NCBI GenBank assembly: GCA_000004695.1
Contig: CM000155.2
Location: 288,001 to 352,000, forward strand
Source of the DNA: Dictyostelium discoideum
Taxonomy: Eukaryota
Direction of reading: 5' to 3'
Length of the DNA: 64,000 nt
The notes beneath the pieces were generated by a model. The model ran no database searches and was not told where the DNA came from. It saw only the letters and a program-made list of their open reading frames with translations. Below, in pieces: positions 1-13,486 of this stretch. Position 1 is the first letter of the stretch; each line of letters opens with the position of its first letter. A program made the position numbers and the translations under genes.

Positions 1-26
1 AACAATTAAAAAAAAAAAAAAACAAA

Positions 27-57
<31 letters not shown>

Positions 58-105
58 TAAACATATTTATAATATTTTATATTATATATATTATAAAGGT
101 ATATA

Positions 106-144
<39 letters not shown>

Positions 145-313
145 GGATTTTATTCATCAAAGAAATAAATAAAATACCAAAAGGAAATAAAAATAAAAAA
201 GGGAAAAAAAAAAAAGGGGGGTTTTTTAAAGTAACAACCCCAATAACTATTTAAAATATTTTTTTTTGTACATGTACCACCAGTAAAAAATTTAAAAAAA
301 ATTTGGTTTGGTT

Positions 314-355
<42 letters not shown>

Positions 356-835
356 CAAGCACTATTTTTGAAACCTTTTTTTAAATTAATTTTTTTTTTT
401 CAGTTATCCTCAGCACATTGACTACAAACAAACCTTGGTTACTACTTACTTACTTTATTTAATTATTTTATTATGTTATTTTAAAAAAGACAATCATTTA
501 TAATAATAATTTAATAAATAAAAAGAAAAAAAAAGAAAAAAGAAAAAAAAAAAAAAACCAAAAACTAGTTAATTTTACAAAATAATAAAAATTCACATAA
601 AATAAATTTTAAACAAAGGTTTTTTTTTTAATTTTTAAATTTTTTAATATTTTTTTTTATTTTTATTTTTTATTTTTTTTTTTTTTTTATTTTTTATTTT
701 TTTAATTTTTTTTTTCCTTCATTGATATATATATAAATTCATTTAACAAAGTCAAAAACAAAAAAAAAAAACAATTAACTATCTAAAGAAAACCTTTTTT
801 TTTTTTTTATTTTTATAAAATTAATTCCTCTTTTC

Positions 836-838
<3 letters not shown>

Positions 839-870
<32 letters not shown>
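839..870. repeat. (CA)n dinucleotide microsatellite, ~16 units
   Basis: Directly visible run cacacac... in the AT-rich 5' flank of the first gene. Confidence 0.9.
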
Positions 871-877
<7 letters not shown>

Positions 878-1087
878 AACTTTTTTTTTTTTTTTTGTTA
901 TTAAATTTTTATTTTATTTTTTTCTTTATTTAATTTAAATATTAATAATAATTATAAGTTTTATATAATAATAATAATAATAGTTTTAATAATAGGTTTT
1001 ATATAATAATAATAGTTTTATAATAATTTTAATAATAGCATCATAATAACAAATAAATAAATAAAATAAGAATAACATAATAATATT

Positions 1088-3199
1088 ATGTCTTCGAATG
1101 TTTTAAATAATCATTCTATTTTAAATTCACATACATCATCATCGCAAACATCATCTGTCTCACCGTCATTATCCAGTGTCAATAGCAACAACAACAACAA
1201 CAACGACAACAATAATAATAACTTATTACAGCAACCAACTCACTCCTCATCCTCATCTGATACTGGTGAATTCATAAATAATAGTAATTTTTTAAATAAT
1301 AGTGAAAACAAAATGGCGAATAACAATGGAAATTCTGTTATAACTTCAACTCTAAATGAAAAAGGAGAACCAGAAACAATAACAACAACTACAACAACAA
1401 CTACAACAACAACTAAACGACCTTTAGATGAAATTGATGATAGAAATTTAAAAAAAGTTAAAGAAGATTTTACTACAAACAATAGTAGTAATAATAATAT
1501 CAATAATAATAATAATAATAATATCAATAATAACAACGGTGATAATTACAATAACTACAATAATAATAATAATAATAATAATTACAATAATAACAACTTC
1601 AATAATAACTATAATAACAACTATAATGGCAATAATAGTTTTGACTACAATAATAATAATAATAGTAATGTATATTTTAATAACGACAGGGGTAATAACT
1701 ACAATAATTCCTACAATGATTATAATAATAATAATAATAATAACACCAACACCAACACCAACACCAACACCAACACCAACACCAACACCAACACCAACAC
1801 CAACACCAACACCAACACCAACAACAACAACAGTTTTAATAACAATAATAATAACAATAATAATAATAATTTCAACAATAGCAGCAACTATAATTACGAT
1901 TATAATAACAAACCATATGTAAATAGTAACAACAACAACAACAACAACAACAACAATTTTAATAATAATATCAATAATAATAATAATAATAGAAATAAAT
2001 CACCGCCACCACAATATCAAACACAAATATCGCAACAACAACCAAATAATCAACAACAACAACAATTAAATAATAAAAATGAAAATTTAGAATTAGAAGA
2101 TGAAGATGAAAATTTAATTTTAAATCAAAATAGAAAACCAAAAAAAACAAAAACCATTCATAGATTAATGGATATTTGTTTAGAAGAATTAGTGAAAAAC
2201 ATTGATAAGATTGAAACATTAGAACCATTACCAGATGAACTTTGTCAAAAGATTATACCATTATTTCAGCGTAGAAAGATTCTATCATTAAAGACATTGT
2301 CACTCTTTAGAAATTGTAAACTATCGAGATTAGAACTCTATGGTAAAGAGATAGCAATCAATGACGAATGGTTAAATATAACGAAAGGATTGATGAAATC
2401 GACATTGTCCTCAATAAACATCTCAAAAAACAACTCACTCACAGATCAAGGCATTGCAAGTTTAAGTAGTTTGGCAAAGCTATCATCGTTGGATATTAGC
2501 TATTGTGAAAAGATCGATGGAACAGGTCTTGAACCTTTGGTGGATGCAGGTGTACCCCTTCAAAAGCTACACATGGAGGGTAATAGTTCATTGAATTTGG
2601 TAAAGGTTTTCAATTCACTCTCAAAGTTAAAAACATTAAATTCACTTTGTGTTGGCAATACAAATATCACCGATGATATGTGTAAACCTCTATCACTATT
2701 GACAACACTCACTCATCTCGATGTTGCTAGAAATACACAATTGGGTAATCAAGGTTTAGAATCGATTTCAAAGTGTGTAAATCTAATAGATTTGGATATT
2801 AGTTGTTGCACTAAAATCAATGCATTGGGTATTCGTCATCTAGGCTCACTCTCTAATCTTCAGTCACTCTCGGCAGAGAATTGTGCTATCGATGATGAAT
2901 CTATGAAATATATTGGTACACTAAAAAGTTTAAGTTCCCTATCACTCATCAATAATCCTTTTAGTGATACTGGTGCAAAGAATATTGGTAATCTCACACT
3001 CTTGACAACTTTAGATCTTTCAATGTGTGCAAATATTACAGATGCAGCTTTAGTTCACTTTAAAAATTTAACTCAAATTTCAAAATTAAATTTAAATTTT
3101 TGTGGTAATTTAACTGATAGTGGTGTAACTTCATTAACTGGTGGTTTAGGTCAATTAAAAACACTTGGTATAATTGGTTGTAATAGATTATTAATTAAA

Positions 3200-3277
<78 letters not shown>

Positions 3278-3721
3278 TTATAGATAATAGCTAACTAACT
3301 TTTCTTTATTTTTATTTTATTTTAGTTAAACATAGACCATTAGTTTTATTAGTAGAGGATAATCCATTACAGATTAAAGTAATTTCAAAAGTTATGGAAA
3401 GATATAATTTTGACGTTGAAGTTGCATCAAATGGTCAAATGGCATTAGATATGTTTAAAGCAAATCCAAGATATGAGTTGGTTTTAATGGATATGATCAT
3501 GCCTATAATGGATGGTTTAACAGCTACCATGCTCATAAGAGAATACGAGAGAGAAAGAGGTTTAAAAAGAACTCCTGTCATCATTCAAACTGCTGATTCA
3601 AGAGAAAGTCATAAATTGATTTGTCTTGCTGCAGGTTGTGATGATTTTATGACAAAACCATTAGATAAAAGATTTGTCGATAGAGCTTGGAAATTATTAA
3701 ATGAAGAATTCGATTCAACTG

Positions 3722-3761
<40 letters not shown>

Positions 3762-3921
3762 TAATAGCAATAATAACAATAACAGCAATAATAATAACAA
3801 TAGTAATAATAATAACTATAATAATAATAATAATAGAGAAAATAGTGGAGATAACGTAAATAATAACAGCTCAAATATTAATAATGGTTTTAGCAATATT
3901 AGAGTTAATATTAATGTATAA
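1088..3921 (+). CDS. Cysteine-containing leucine-rich-repeat (F-box/AMN1-type LRR) protein with a C-terminal response-regulator receiver (CheY-like) domain; two exons, 1088..3200 and 3326..3921
   Basis: ATG at 1088. The N-terminus is an N/T-rich low-complexity region with (ACC AAC)n encoding TN repeats. Repeated LxxLxLxxCxxITDxG LRR motifs follow. The first ORF runs into a poly-A tract: donor G|GTAAAAAA at 3201, acceptor TTTTAG at 3324-3325, phase-1 junction giving GTT (Val). Exon 2 encodes LVEDNPLQIKV...VLMDMIMPIMDG...MTKP with all canonical receiver residues (DD, phospho-Asp, T/S, K). Confidence 0.75.
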
Positions 3922-4099
3922 AAATACAAAAAAACCTTTTTTTGAAAAAAAAAAAAAAAAATAAATTAAAAAAAAAGTATAAATACACTTTATAAATCAC
4001 AAATCTTTTAAAAGGATATTTAAATCAAAATCCTATTTATTTGTGAAATTTAACATCAAAAACTATTTTCTTCTTTTTTTTATTTTTAATGGATTTGTT

Positions 4100-5080
4100 T
4101 TATTTTGTACAAATAATATATGAAACTTCAGAACCTATAAATTCACCTTTATTTAAAAGTTCATCAACATGATTTACAATCTATATATATATATATATAT
4201 TTATAATTATGTAAATATTAGAAAAATAATTGGAATAATTGGAATAAAAAAAAAAAAAAAAAAAAACCATTACCAATAATAATAATATTACCTTTGATTT
4301 CCAAAGTAAATATTTCTCTTTATCAAGTGTTTGAATGAATTTTTGTAAACCAGGTGGTGATAGGAATACTTCAGAATATTCTTCACCATTTTGAATTGGT
4401 GAATTAACAAATGAATGACCAGCGAGTACTCTTGAGAAACCAGCATCTAATGCCATTTGACGTAACTTGGTTGTATCGTTTAAATGAAATGATGATCTTT
4501 CTTGTGAACTCATATCAATTCCAATTTCATCGGCTATTTTCTTAACAATTGTAAATTGATTTGAATTTTCAGGTCTACCCCACACTGAAAATGCGGCAAT
4601 ACCACCAACTTCTAATACTCTGTAAGCTTCTTTTAACATTGTTTCTGGTGATGTTACTAAATGTAAACAATAATTACTAAAATAACGATCGAATGAGTTG
4701 TCTGGGAATGGTAGTTTTTCAGCATTACATTGTTGAATTTTGAAATTCTTTTCTGGAATTTCATCACCACCATCACCATTATTGGTCATTCCTAAACATT
4801 GTTTAGTTAATTGAATCATTTCATTTGAAATATCAGTTGATATGAATTTACTTGAATCGTTTTTATATTGTAAACATAATTTTGTACCTGCACCTGGACC
4901 ACATGCAACTTCTAATATAGATTTACAAGAATTTTGAGCACTTCCAAATTGACTTGTAATACCTAAACTGGTAATTAATAAAAATGCAACCGGTGCTGTT
5001 GAACATTCATTATAATGTTGAAAGATTTTACTAAATCCATCCCATTTTTGTTCTAATTCTTCTGATGTAAATACTTTCAT
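4100..5080 (-). CDS. Class I SAM-dependent methyltransferase; two exons, 4302..5080 and 4100..4180
   Basis: ORF 4181..5080 carries motif I LEVACGPGAGT and the post-I acidic residue. Reading the minus strand, the ORF runs into an intron: donor AAG|GTAATATT at 4301-4300, poly-T tract, acceptor ATATATAG at 4182-4181. A phase-0 27-codon terminal exon IVNHVDELLNKGEFIGSEVSYIICTK* follows. Confidence 0.7.
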
Positions 5081-5844
5081 TATCTATCTATCTGGTGGTG
5101 TTTTGTTTATTTCTAAAAAAAAAATAAAAATTAAAAATAAAAAAAATTAATTTTCATCAAGATATTTTTTTTTAAAAAAAAGTTAGAAATAAAAAAAAAA
5201 AAAAAAAAAAAAAAACCATTTTATAAACCATTTAATAAAATGAAATTTCAACACAAACTATTTTTAGAAATTTTTTTCATTTTTTTTATTTAAGAATCAA
5301 TGATTAAAATAAATAAATAAAAATTGGAAATTGTTCTTAAAATAGTTTTTTTTCATTATAATTATAATAATTTAATATTTGTGAATGTAACCCTATGTTT
5401 TGGTGAAAGGTTATGAAAAAAACTTGATTTCTTTTTTTTTTTTTTTTTTTTTTTTGGGCCAAAGGTTATAATTTCATAATTTGAAAGAAATCGATTTCTT
5501 AATAATGATTAAAAAAAGAAAAAAAATGATCAATAATTTTGAAAATTGGCCAATTTAAATTCAAATAAATCACAAACAAAATAAAATATGGTTAATTACC
5601 ATACCAAAAAAAAAAAAAAAAAAAAATTTAAAAAAAAAATATTATAACCGATACACAAATTTGTGAACAGATGAAATCTTAAAAAAAAAAAAAATAAAAA
5701 TAAAAATAAAAATAAAATTAAAAATAAAAATCTTTTCAATTTAAAAAAAAAAAAATAAAAAAAAAAATAAAAATAAAAAATAAAACATTAATATAAAAAG
5801 TTTTTTTTAGAATTGTGCAATCCACAAAAAACAAAAAAAAAAGA

Positions 5845-7089
5845 ATGAAAGTGTTAATTCTTGTATTATTACTATTATCATTGAGTGGAGTTTTCACTGG
5901 ATACACCCCACAATGCAGTTCATGTTATTCTGAAGGTCAAAGAGTTTGTATATTTTAAGAAAAAAAAAAAAGTTAAAAATGAAAATAAATTAAAACTGAT
6001 TTTTTTTTTTTTATTTTTCCCAACAAATTATTTAAGTGTATGATATTAGATACAAATTCAGGAACTTATAAAAATGGTGGAGAATGTAATGATGGATTAG
6101 TATGTGCAGCTAAAAATAAAGGCGAAGATGAAAAGAATTGGATATGTATGAAACCAATTGAATTGAATGGAGTTTGTGCAGGTGAGAGTTCATGTGTAAT
6201 TGGATTAACATGTGATCCAGTTGAATTTAAATGTTTAAATTCTAGATTCGCACAAATCGGTGAAAAATGTTCAAAAGATACAGACTGTTCTGGAACATTA
6301 GCATCTTGTACTAATAATATTTGTAAATCAGAATCAAGTGGTAAATGTGATGATGCATCAGATTGTGAATATGGCTCAACTTGTAGTAACAGTTTATGTG
6401 TACCATTACGTAAACAAGGTGAATCATGTGATTCAATGAAAGGTGAAACATGCATTTACGGCCTCTCCTGTCTCTCCAACTCTACCTGTGGTCCATTATT
6501 CTCAAAACCATTAGGTGCATCATGTCTAATGGATGATGATTGTAATCAACCTGAAAATTTATATGTATGTGAAAAAAAAAAAAAAAAAAAAAAAAAAAAT
6601 AATAATTTCCAAAATTAATAAATTTATTAATTATTAATTTTTTTTATATGTTGTACAAAATAGTGTTCACAAAAATCACATTTATGTGAAGAATATGTTC
6701 AACCAAAACAACCAACAACAAATTGTAGTTTAACTGAAAATTCATGTGACCAATTCCATGAATGCTCATGTGATGGTAAATGTTACCAAAGTTCACCATT
6801 CCCAACCCAAGTTACAAGTGGTATGCAACCATTAGTTAATTGTGTTTTAAAGAATAAATGTACATGGGTAACAAACTTTTTCTCATCTGATAGTTGTATA
6901 ACTAAAAATTGTGCTTCTGAACTTTGTAAATATAATGGTGTCACAATTATGAATAATGCTTTAACATGTGGTAATAATCATCAATCAAATATTTATTGTG
7001 CTGATTCAAATTCAGTTTCAAGAATTAATATTAACAATTCAATGTTATTATTATTATTATTATCTATTTTATTAATTTTTAATTTTTAA
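5845..7089 (+). CDS. Secreted cysteine-rich protein with a predicted C-terminal GPI-anchor/hydrophobic tail; three exons, 5845..5943, 6037..6564 and 6664..7089
   Basis: Exon 1 encodes the signal peptide MKVLILVLLLLSLSGVFT and ends at donor AGA|GTTTGT. Exon 2 is rich in CxxxxDC...C spacing (CAAKNKGEDEKNWIC, DTDCSGTLASC, DASDCEYGSTC) and ends at donor TAT|GTATGT at 6565. Acceptor AATAG at 6662-6663. All junctions are phase 0. Exon 3 ends with the hydrophobic tail NNSMLLLLLSILLIFNF*. Confidence 0.6.
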
Positions 7090-7516
7090 AATAAAAATAA
7101 AAATTGATTAATTAAAATTAAAATAATTTTTATTTTTATATTTATTTTTATATTTATTTATTTTTTTTATTCTTATTTTTTTCTAAATCTAAATTTATAA
7201 TTTGGTTTAAATCATTTAAATTAATAATTTTCAAATTTTAATTACAAAAATAAAAATTATTTGAAATTTTTTCACAATCAAAAATAAAAAAATATCTTTT
7301 TATGTGTGATTTTGAATTGATTTCAAAGAATAGATTTTTTTTTTTTTTTTTTTTTTTTTTGTGTTAAAAAAAAAAAAAAAAAAATTCTTTTCACAAAAAA
7401 AAAAAATAAAATAAAAAAAAATATATATTATTAAATTATCAAATTATTTATTTGTTTAATTTATTTTATTGTTAATAAATTGGAAAATAAAAAAAAAAAA
7501 ATTATTTATTTATATA

Positions 7517-7543
<27 letters not shown>

Positions 7544-7548
<5 letters not shown>

Positions 7549-9610
7549 TAATTTTGTTTTTTCATATTTTAAAAATGATCCAATTAAGGAAAATAATGAA
7601 GATAATGAAGATAATGAAAGTGATAGTTATGAAAGTGACTATGAAGACAATGAAGTTACCGATGATAATAAAAATAAAAATTTACAACAACAACAAAATA
7701 AAATATTTCCAAATTATTTAATAATTTCAATTTTAAATATGATATTAAATTCTGAATATAAAGATGGTATTAAAATTAAACATTTTCCAACAAAGAAAAT
7801 AAATATTTTTCAAAATATATTAAAGATGACATTAGTTTCAAAGAATTTTGAAACAAATATTATACCACATTTGAATTATCCAATTTTTATAATAAAGAAT
7901 TCAAAAGATATGCTTTATATTCAAAAACTAGTTAAAAATGGTATTACTCCAAATTGTAAAAATCCATTTGTAAATATTAATCAATTAAATATTAATTTAC
8001 CAAATGAATATAAATTGACTGAAACGAATCCAACCAATTCAATATTTAAAAAATTATTATTATTTAAAGAGAATTTTAAACTTGAGAAACTTAAAATCTC
8101 AACAGCATTAGTACCAAATGATATGGATTGTGAAGTTCCTTCGATTTTAGTTGAATTTATAATTAAACATCAAATTAAAGAATTGGAATTACATAATTTA
8201 CCAGCAATTAAAAACCCAAATTTTACAGAGAATAAACCAATTTTAAATTATTCATTTCTTTCAAACAGAATTGAGCTATGTAATATTCAACATTTATGCT
8301 TAAAGAATCAATTGTTGTCATGTGATAGAGTGATGGATTTTTTAGAACTAATTCCAAGATTATCAAGTTTAGATTTAACAAATAATAGAATTGGTTTAGA
8401 TTATAGAGAGTGCTTTACAAATGCAATTGGAAAGGCAAATCAATTATCAAGTTTAAAGCTATCTTCAAATATTTTAAAAGATAATATATTACAATTATTA
8501 CCAATTTTAAAATCAAATTGTTATCAATTAACTACATTAGATCTTAGTGAAAATTATATAACTGATGAATCAAGTAAATCAATTGAAGAATTTATTCAAT
8601 TTAATAAAACAATTGAATCTTTAAATTTATCTGGTAATTCATTCACTGAATTAGGTGTTAATTTAATTTTTAGTTCATTAATTCAAAATGAAACACTAAC
8701 AGATTTAACATTATCAAATTTTCAAAATTTTAATACAACTTTATTCTCTGAATATTTATCAAGTAGAAATAGTAATAATTTAAAATCATTAAATTTATCA
8801 AATAGTAAAATTTTATGTTCATCAAATTTAATTTTTCAATCATTATCATCGCCATCATTAAAATATTTAGATTTAAGTTATTGTTTAATTAATGATGATT
8901 CACAAATTAATTCATTATCACAATATTTTAATTCAAATGAAAATTGTAAATTAGAGAAATTAAAATTATTGAATTCTTTTAAAGAAAGTGTACCATGTAA
9001 ATTATTATTTTCAAATTTATCTCAATCAATTACAGATTTAGATTTATCATTAAATTATTTAGATAATGAAAGTTCAATTGAGCTATCAACAATTTTAGAA
9101 ACAAATAAATCAATTAGATCTTTAAATTTAACTTGCACAGTCTTTAGAAATCTAGGTTCACTATTTAATGCTTTAAAGCTTAATAATACTTTATTATATT
9201 TAAATTTATCAAGAAATTCAATTAAGTTAAAAGATATTATTGATTTTCAATTCTTACTTGTTAATAATTCATTGATATCTTTAAACCTATCAAATAATGC
9301 TATTGAAACAAATGAAATGCTTCAATTTTTTAAACACCTCTCTAAAAATAGATCAATTAAATATTTAGATATTTCAAATAATCCTACAAATGGTGATATT
9401 AGATTTCCAAGTTTTAAAAGAAGAAATCAAAGATTATCTTTGGATATTAAAGTTTCAAACTTTTTAAAAAATAATCCATATTTAACAAAAATAACAAATA
9501 ATATTAAAATTGATAAAAATAAACCATATTCAATAACAAAATATGATTCTTATACTTCTGATTTTTTTGCTTTTCAACAAAAGAAACCAACGAAAAGAGC
9601 TGCTTATTAA
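7544..9610 (+). CDS. F-box-like / RNI-type leucine-rich repeat protein
   Basis: Single 688-aa ORF from ATG. The acidic N-terminus is followed by an F-box-like segment (IFPNYLIISILNMIL). It then has >10 LxxLxLSxNxI(T/S)D ribonuclease-inhibitor-type LRRs (LDLSENYITDESSKSIEEF..., LNLSGNSFTELG...). Confidence 0.7.
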
Positions 9611-9697
9611 AAAAAAAAAATTAAAAATTAAAAATTAAAAATAAAATAAAATAAAATTTTTTAAAATAATAATAATAATAAAAAAAAGAGTTTTTAT

Positions 9698-9770
9698 TTA
9701 TCTTTTAATTCTTTTTCTTTTTTTTTCTTGAATTTGAACTTTTTCCTCCTGTTGTTGTTCTTCTTGTTGA

Positions 9771-9846
<76 letters not shown>

Positions 9847-11362
9847 CCTCTTGTTGTTCTTGTTGTTCTTCTTCTTCTTGTTCTTCTTCTTGTTGTTCCT
9901 CTTGTTGTTCTTGTTGTTCTTCTTCTTGTTGTTCTTCTTCTTGTTGTTCTTCTTCTTGTTGTTCTTCTTCTTGTTGTTCTTGTTGTTCTCCTTGTTGTTG
10001 TTCCTCTTGTTGTTCTTGTTGTTCTTCTTCTTGTTGTTCTTCTTCTTGTTGTTCTTCTTGTTGTTGTTGTTCTTCTTGTTGTTGTTGTTCTTCTTCTTGT
10101 TGTTGTTGTTGTTCTTGTTGTTGTTCTTCTTGTTGTTCTTCTTGTTGTTGCTCATCTTGTTGTTGTTCTTGTTGCTTTTTTTTTTGTTGACTATTTGGAC
10201 TTGTTATTAAATTTAAAAGTGAAGGTAGTGATGAAATTGGATATTGATCAAATATTGATAAAAGATTTAATTTTTCTTTAATTTCCTTCATTGTATCATC
10301 ACTATAAATTGTAGAATCACCAATTACATGAAAATCCTCTAATAATGATTGTTTCATTTGATCATATTCTATTTCCCAAATAATTGTAATTTTTGGTTTT
10401 TTAATATTTGGTTCATGATAAATTATTACACTAGAGAAATAATTACCATCATCATCATTATCATCTATTTGTGATTCTTTATAACTAATAATTGAATTAT
10501 TATTATTTTTATTATTATTATTAATTTTATTAATTAATAATTTAAAAAATGAATTTCTCCTTTTAAAAAAACTAGAAATTCTTTGAAATATTTTTAAAAA
10601 ATCTGATAATGATTTTGTTCTTTTACAATATTCTATAAATTGACCAAAGTGTGAAGATGATAAAACTAATGATGGTATTTCAACATTTATTGAAAGTTGT
10701 TGAATAAAAGGTTGTTGTGCTATTCTTTTATCAACTCTATCTTCTTTATCCTCATCATCTTCCTCTTCATCATCTTCTTCCTCATCTTCTTCCTCATCAT
10801 CTTTTTCTTTTTCATCGTCATCTTCGTCATCATATTCTTTTTCTTTTTGTTTTTTTTTTTCTTTTTCAATATTTTTTTTTTTTCTACCAACTGTAAAGTT
10901 TATATTAAATTTAATTTGATTACAATAACCACCATACTCGAAATCACCATATCTAAAATCATCATTATCTTTTACAATATTACTTTTAGTTTTTGATATT
11001 TTATAACCTGTTAAATTTTCTATGATATTATTAGTTTGATTTAATTCATTCAAACTTTGATGGTTGTTTTTTGATGAAGATGATGATTTTTTATCACCTT
11101 TCATAAAATCCTTTGAATATTTAGTATTATTATAAATTGAATAATCATTAATCAATTCTTTTAATTCTTTATTACTTTCATCGTCATCATCATCATCGCT
11201 ATTATTTTTGCCTATATAACTTTGATCATCATTAACGTCATCAATAGTTTCATTTTTTAATTGAATTTCTTGCTCCTGTTGTTTTTGTTTTAAAAATCTA
11301 ATCTTGCTTTCTAATTCTTGGATTTCAATTTTTAAATCCACAACAATTCGTTCATTTTCCAT
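9698..11362 (-). CDS. Hypothetical coiled-coil protein with acidic patches and a C-terminal poly-Q/E tail
   Basis: 554-aa ORF from ATG at 11362. The N-terminal heptad-like segment is MENERIVVDLKIEIQELESKIRFLKQKQQ. Long (CAA/GAA)n tracts encode a Q/E tail. No recognisable catalytic motifs; a further 5' exon cannot be excluded, as a TTTTTCAG acceptor lies just upstream of the ATG. Confidence 0.45.
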
Positions 11363-11935
11363 TGAATTACTGAAAAATTAAAAAAAAAATAAAAAAAAAA
11401 ATAAAAAAAAAAGAAATTTAAAAACACCCAAGTTCCTTACTCATTTCAATATTGCCTCATTCTTGCTTCGTTTTGGGATTAATTAAAATTAATAATAAAA
11501 TAATAAATATATTTTAAATTTTTAAAAATTTTATTTTTCTAAGTCTTTAAAAATTTCATATGTTTTTTTTTTTTTTTTTTTTTTTTTTTGAGTATATCTT
11601 TTTATTAATAATAAATACATTGATTTTTTTATTTTTTAAAGTTAATTATTGTACATGTATTTTTTATAGATGAACAAATTCAAACCGAAATTTTCATCAC
11701 AATTGTTTATAAAATTAATTAATTTCCATATTGAAAAATATTTTTAAATTTATCCTGAATCTTTCTAAATAATAGTTTTTATAAAACAAAATATCATAAA
11801 TCCATAAATTAAATAGGGATAGTTGATCAATTAATTTAAAATATATATATATATATATATTAATTAATTATTATATATTATTAAAATTATTATTATATAT
11901 TATTAAAATTATTATTATATATTTATTAAATTTAT

Positions 11936-13426
11936 TTATAATTCATCATGTTTAGCAGAAGAATCTTTTTTAGATTCAACATTATCATCAGTTTGAGATG
12001 ATGGTAATTTGAATTCAATGGCAGCGTTATCTTGAATGAATTCAACAAAGTTCATATGATCATTTCTTTGACCTTCATAAGAGATTGGATTTTCTTTGTC
12101 ATCAGCTTTGAAGAGCATGATGGTTGGGTAACCTCTAATTTCGATATCACTTGGTACATCATTTGAGTCGGCATCAATCTTTACGATTGAGACAGATTCA
12201 ACGTCTTTTAAGTATTCACCTAATTTATCGTAGATTGGAGCAAGATTCTTGCAATGACCGCACCATGGAGCGTAGAATTCAACCAAAACATCCTTTGGTG
12301 AGTCTAAAACCAACTTTTTGAAAGTGGTACCAACGGCAACCTTAACTGGAGCATCATTTGATTCTGGTTCTGGTTGAGATTTAACAAATGGAGAAACTTT
12401 ACCACCAATGACATCTTGGATCCATTTGGAGACGGTATCGAATGAGAAGGTTTCTTTTTCATCGAAATTGTAACGAGCTTTATTGGCAACTGAATCAACA
12501 GAGATGGCTGGAACAACTTTACCAGAGAGACCCATATGAGTTGCTTGTTGTGGGAATTTCTTCATATCGACCCAACAGAAAACGGCATTACCTTTTTGTG
12601 AGGTAGCGATTTTCTTTACATCTTCGAGAACTTGAGTGTTATCTTGAGTGGAGTCAATGAATAAATAAGCTAATGGAACGGCGATTGATTCATACTTTTT
12701 GTAGGTGTTACGATTGATTTCACCTAATAATGGTACAGAGTTACCTTTAATGAATTTAATTAATGATTCACTATCAAATTCACCTTTGTGGGCAACGGTT
12801 GGTTCATCAAAACTTCTAAATAAAACAACGTTTGGTGTGGATTCAACATGTTCCTTTGAGAAATCTTTATCAATTACAACGGCAAATTTAGCTGATTTCT
12901 TATTATTTCCTGCTAATTCACTAAATAATTTAAATCTATCATCATGATCATTATCAAAGAAACCAACAACACTAATTGGGTGTTGTTTTTTAAATTCTTC
13001 AATATCTTCATTTGATTCTAAAGTTGAAATAGTTGGTTTTAATTCTCTAAAATAAAAAAAACTATTAGTTTTTTTTTTTTTTTTTTTTTTTTTGAATAAT
13101 TTTAAAAATAGTATTATTTTTATAAAAATTTATACTTTACTCTTCTAAAGTTTGAACAATTGATTTAGTGGTTCTATCACCTTCATATGGTTCAGCTTTA
13201 CCATTCTTGAAAACAACTAAAGTTGGATAACCTTGAACTTTATTTTGTTTACAGAGTTGTTCATGTTGAGTACAATCAACTTTTGCAATTGCAATCTTTT
13301 TGTTGGCTGATAATTGTTTAGCAGCTTCTTCATATAATGGTTTTAAAGTTTTACAATGACCGCCTATATATTATATTATATTATTATATTATTATATTAT
13401 ATTATTATATTATTATATTATATTAT

Positions 13427-13486
<60 letters not shown>

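Noticed and set aside
1240-2228. ORFs 1240..1536(-), 1539..1922(+), 1971..2228(-) composed of L/I/T/V runs
   Set aside because: These are alternative frames or antisense of the poly-N/T-encoding (AAT/ACC)n tracts of the real 1088 gene, so they are low-complexity artefacts.
3609-3874. ORFs 3609..3800(-) and 3647..3874(-) (poly-L / poly-Y)
   Set aside because: Antisense of the (AAT)n poly-N tail of the receiver-domain exon.
6066-6455. ORF 6066..6455(-)
   Set aside because: Antisense to the well-supported Cys-rich exon 2; no start context or motifs.
9728-10996. ORFs 9728..10210(+), 9694..10155(-) and 10697..10996(+) (poly-L, poly-N/K, poly-F)
   Set aside because: Frame-shifted or antisense readings of the (CAA/GAA)n tail of the 9698..11362 gene.
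12304-12947. ORFs 12304..12516(-) and 12705..12947(+)
   Set aside because: Off-frame or antisense within PDI exon 4; the PDI frame is continuous and carries the CGHC and KHDEL motifs.
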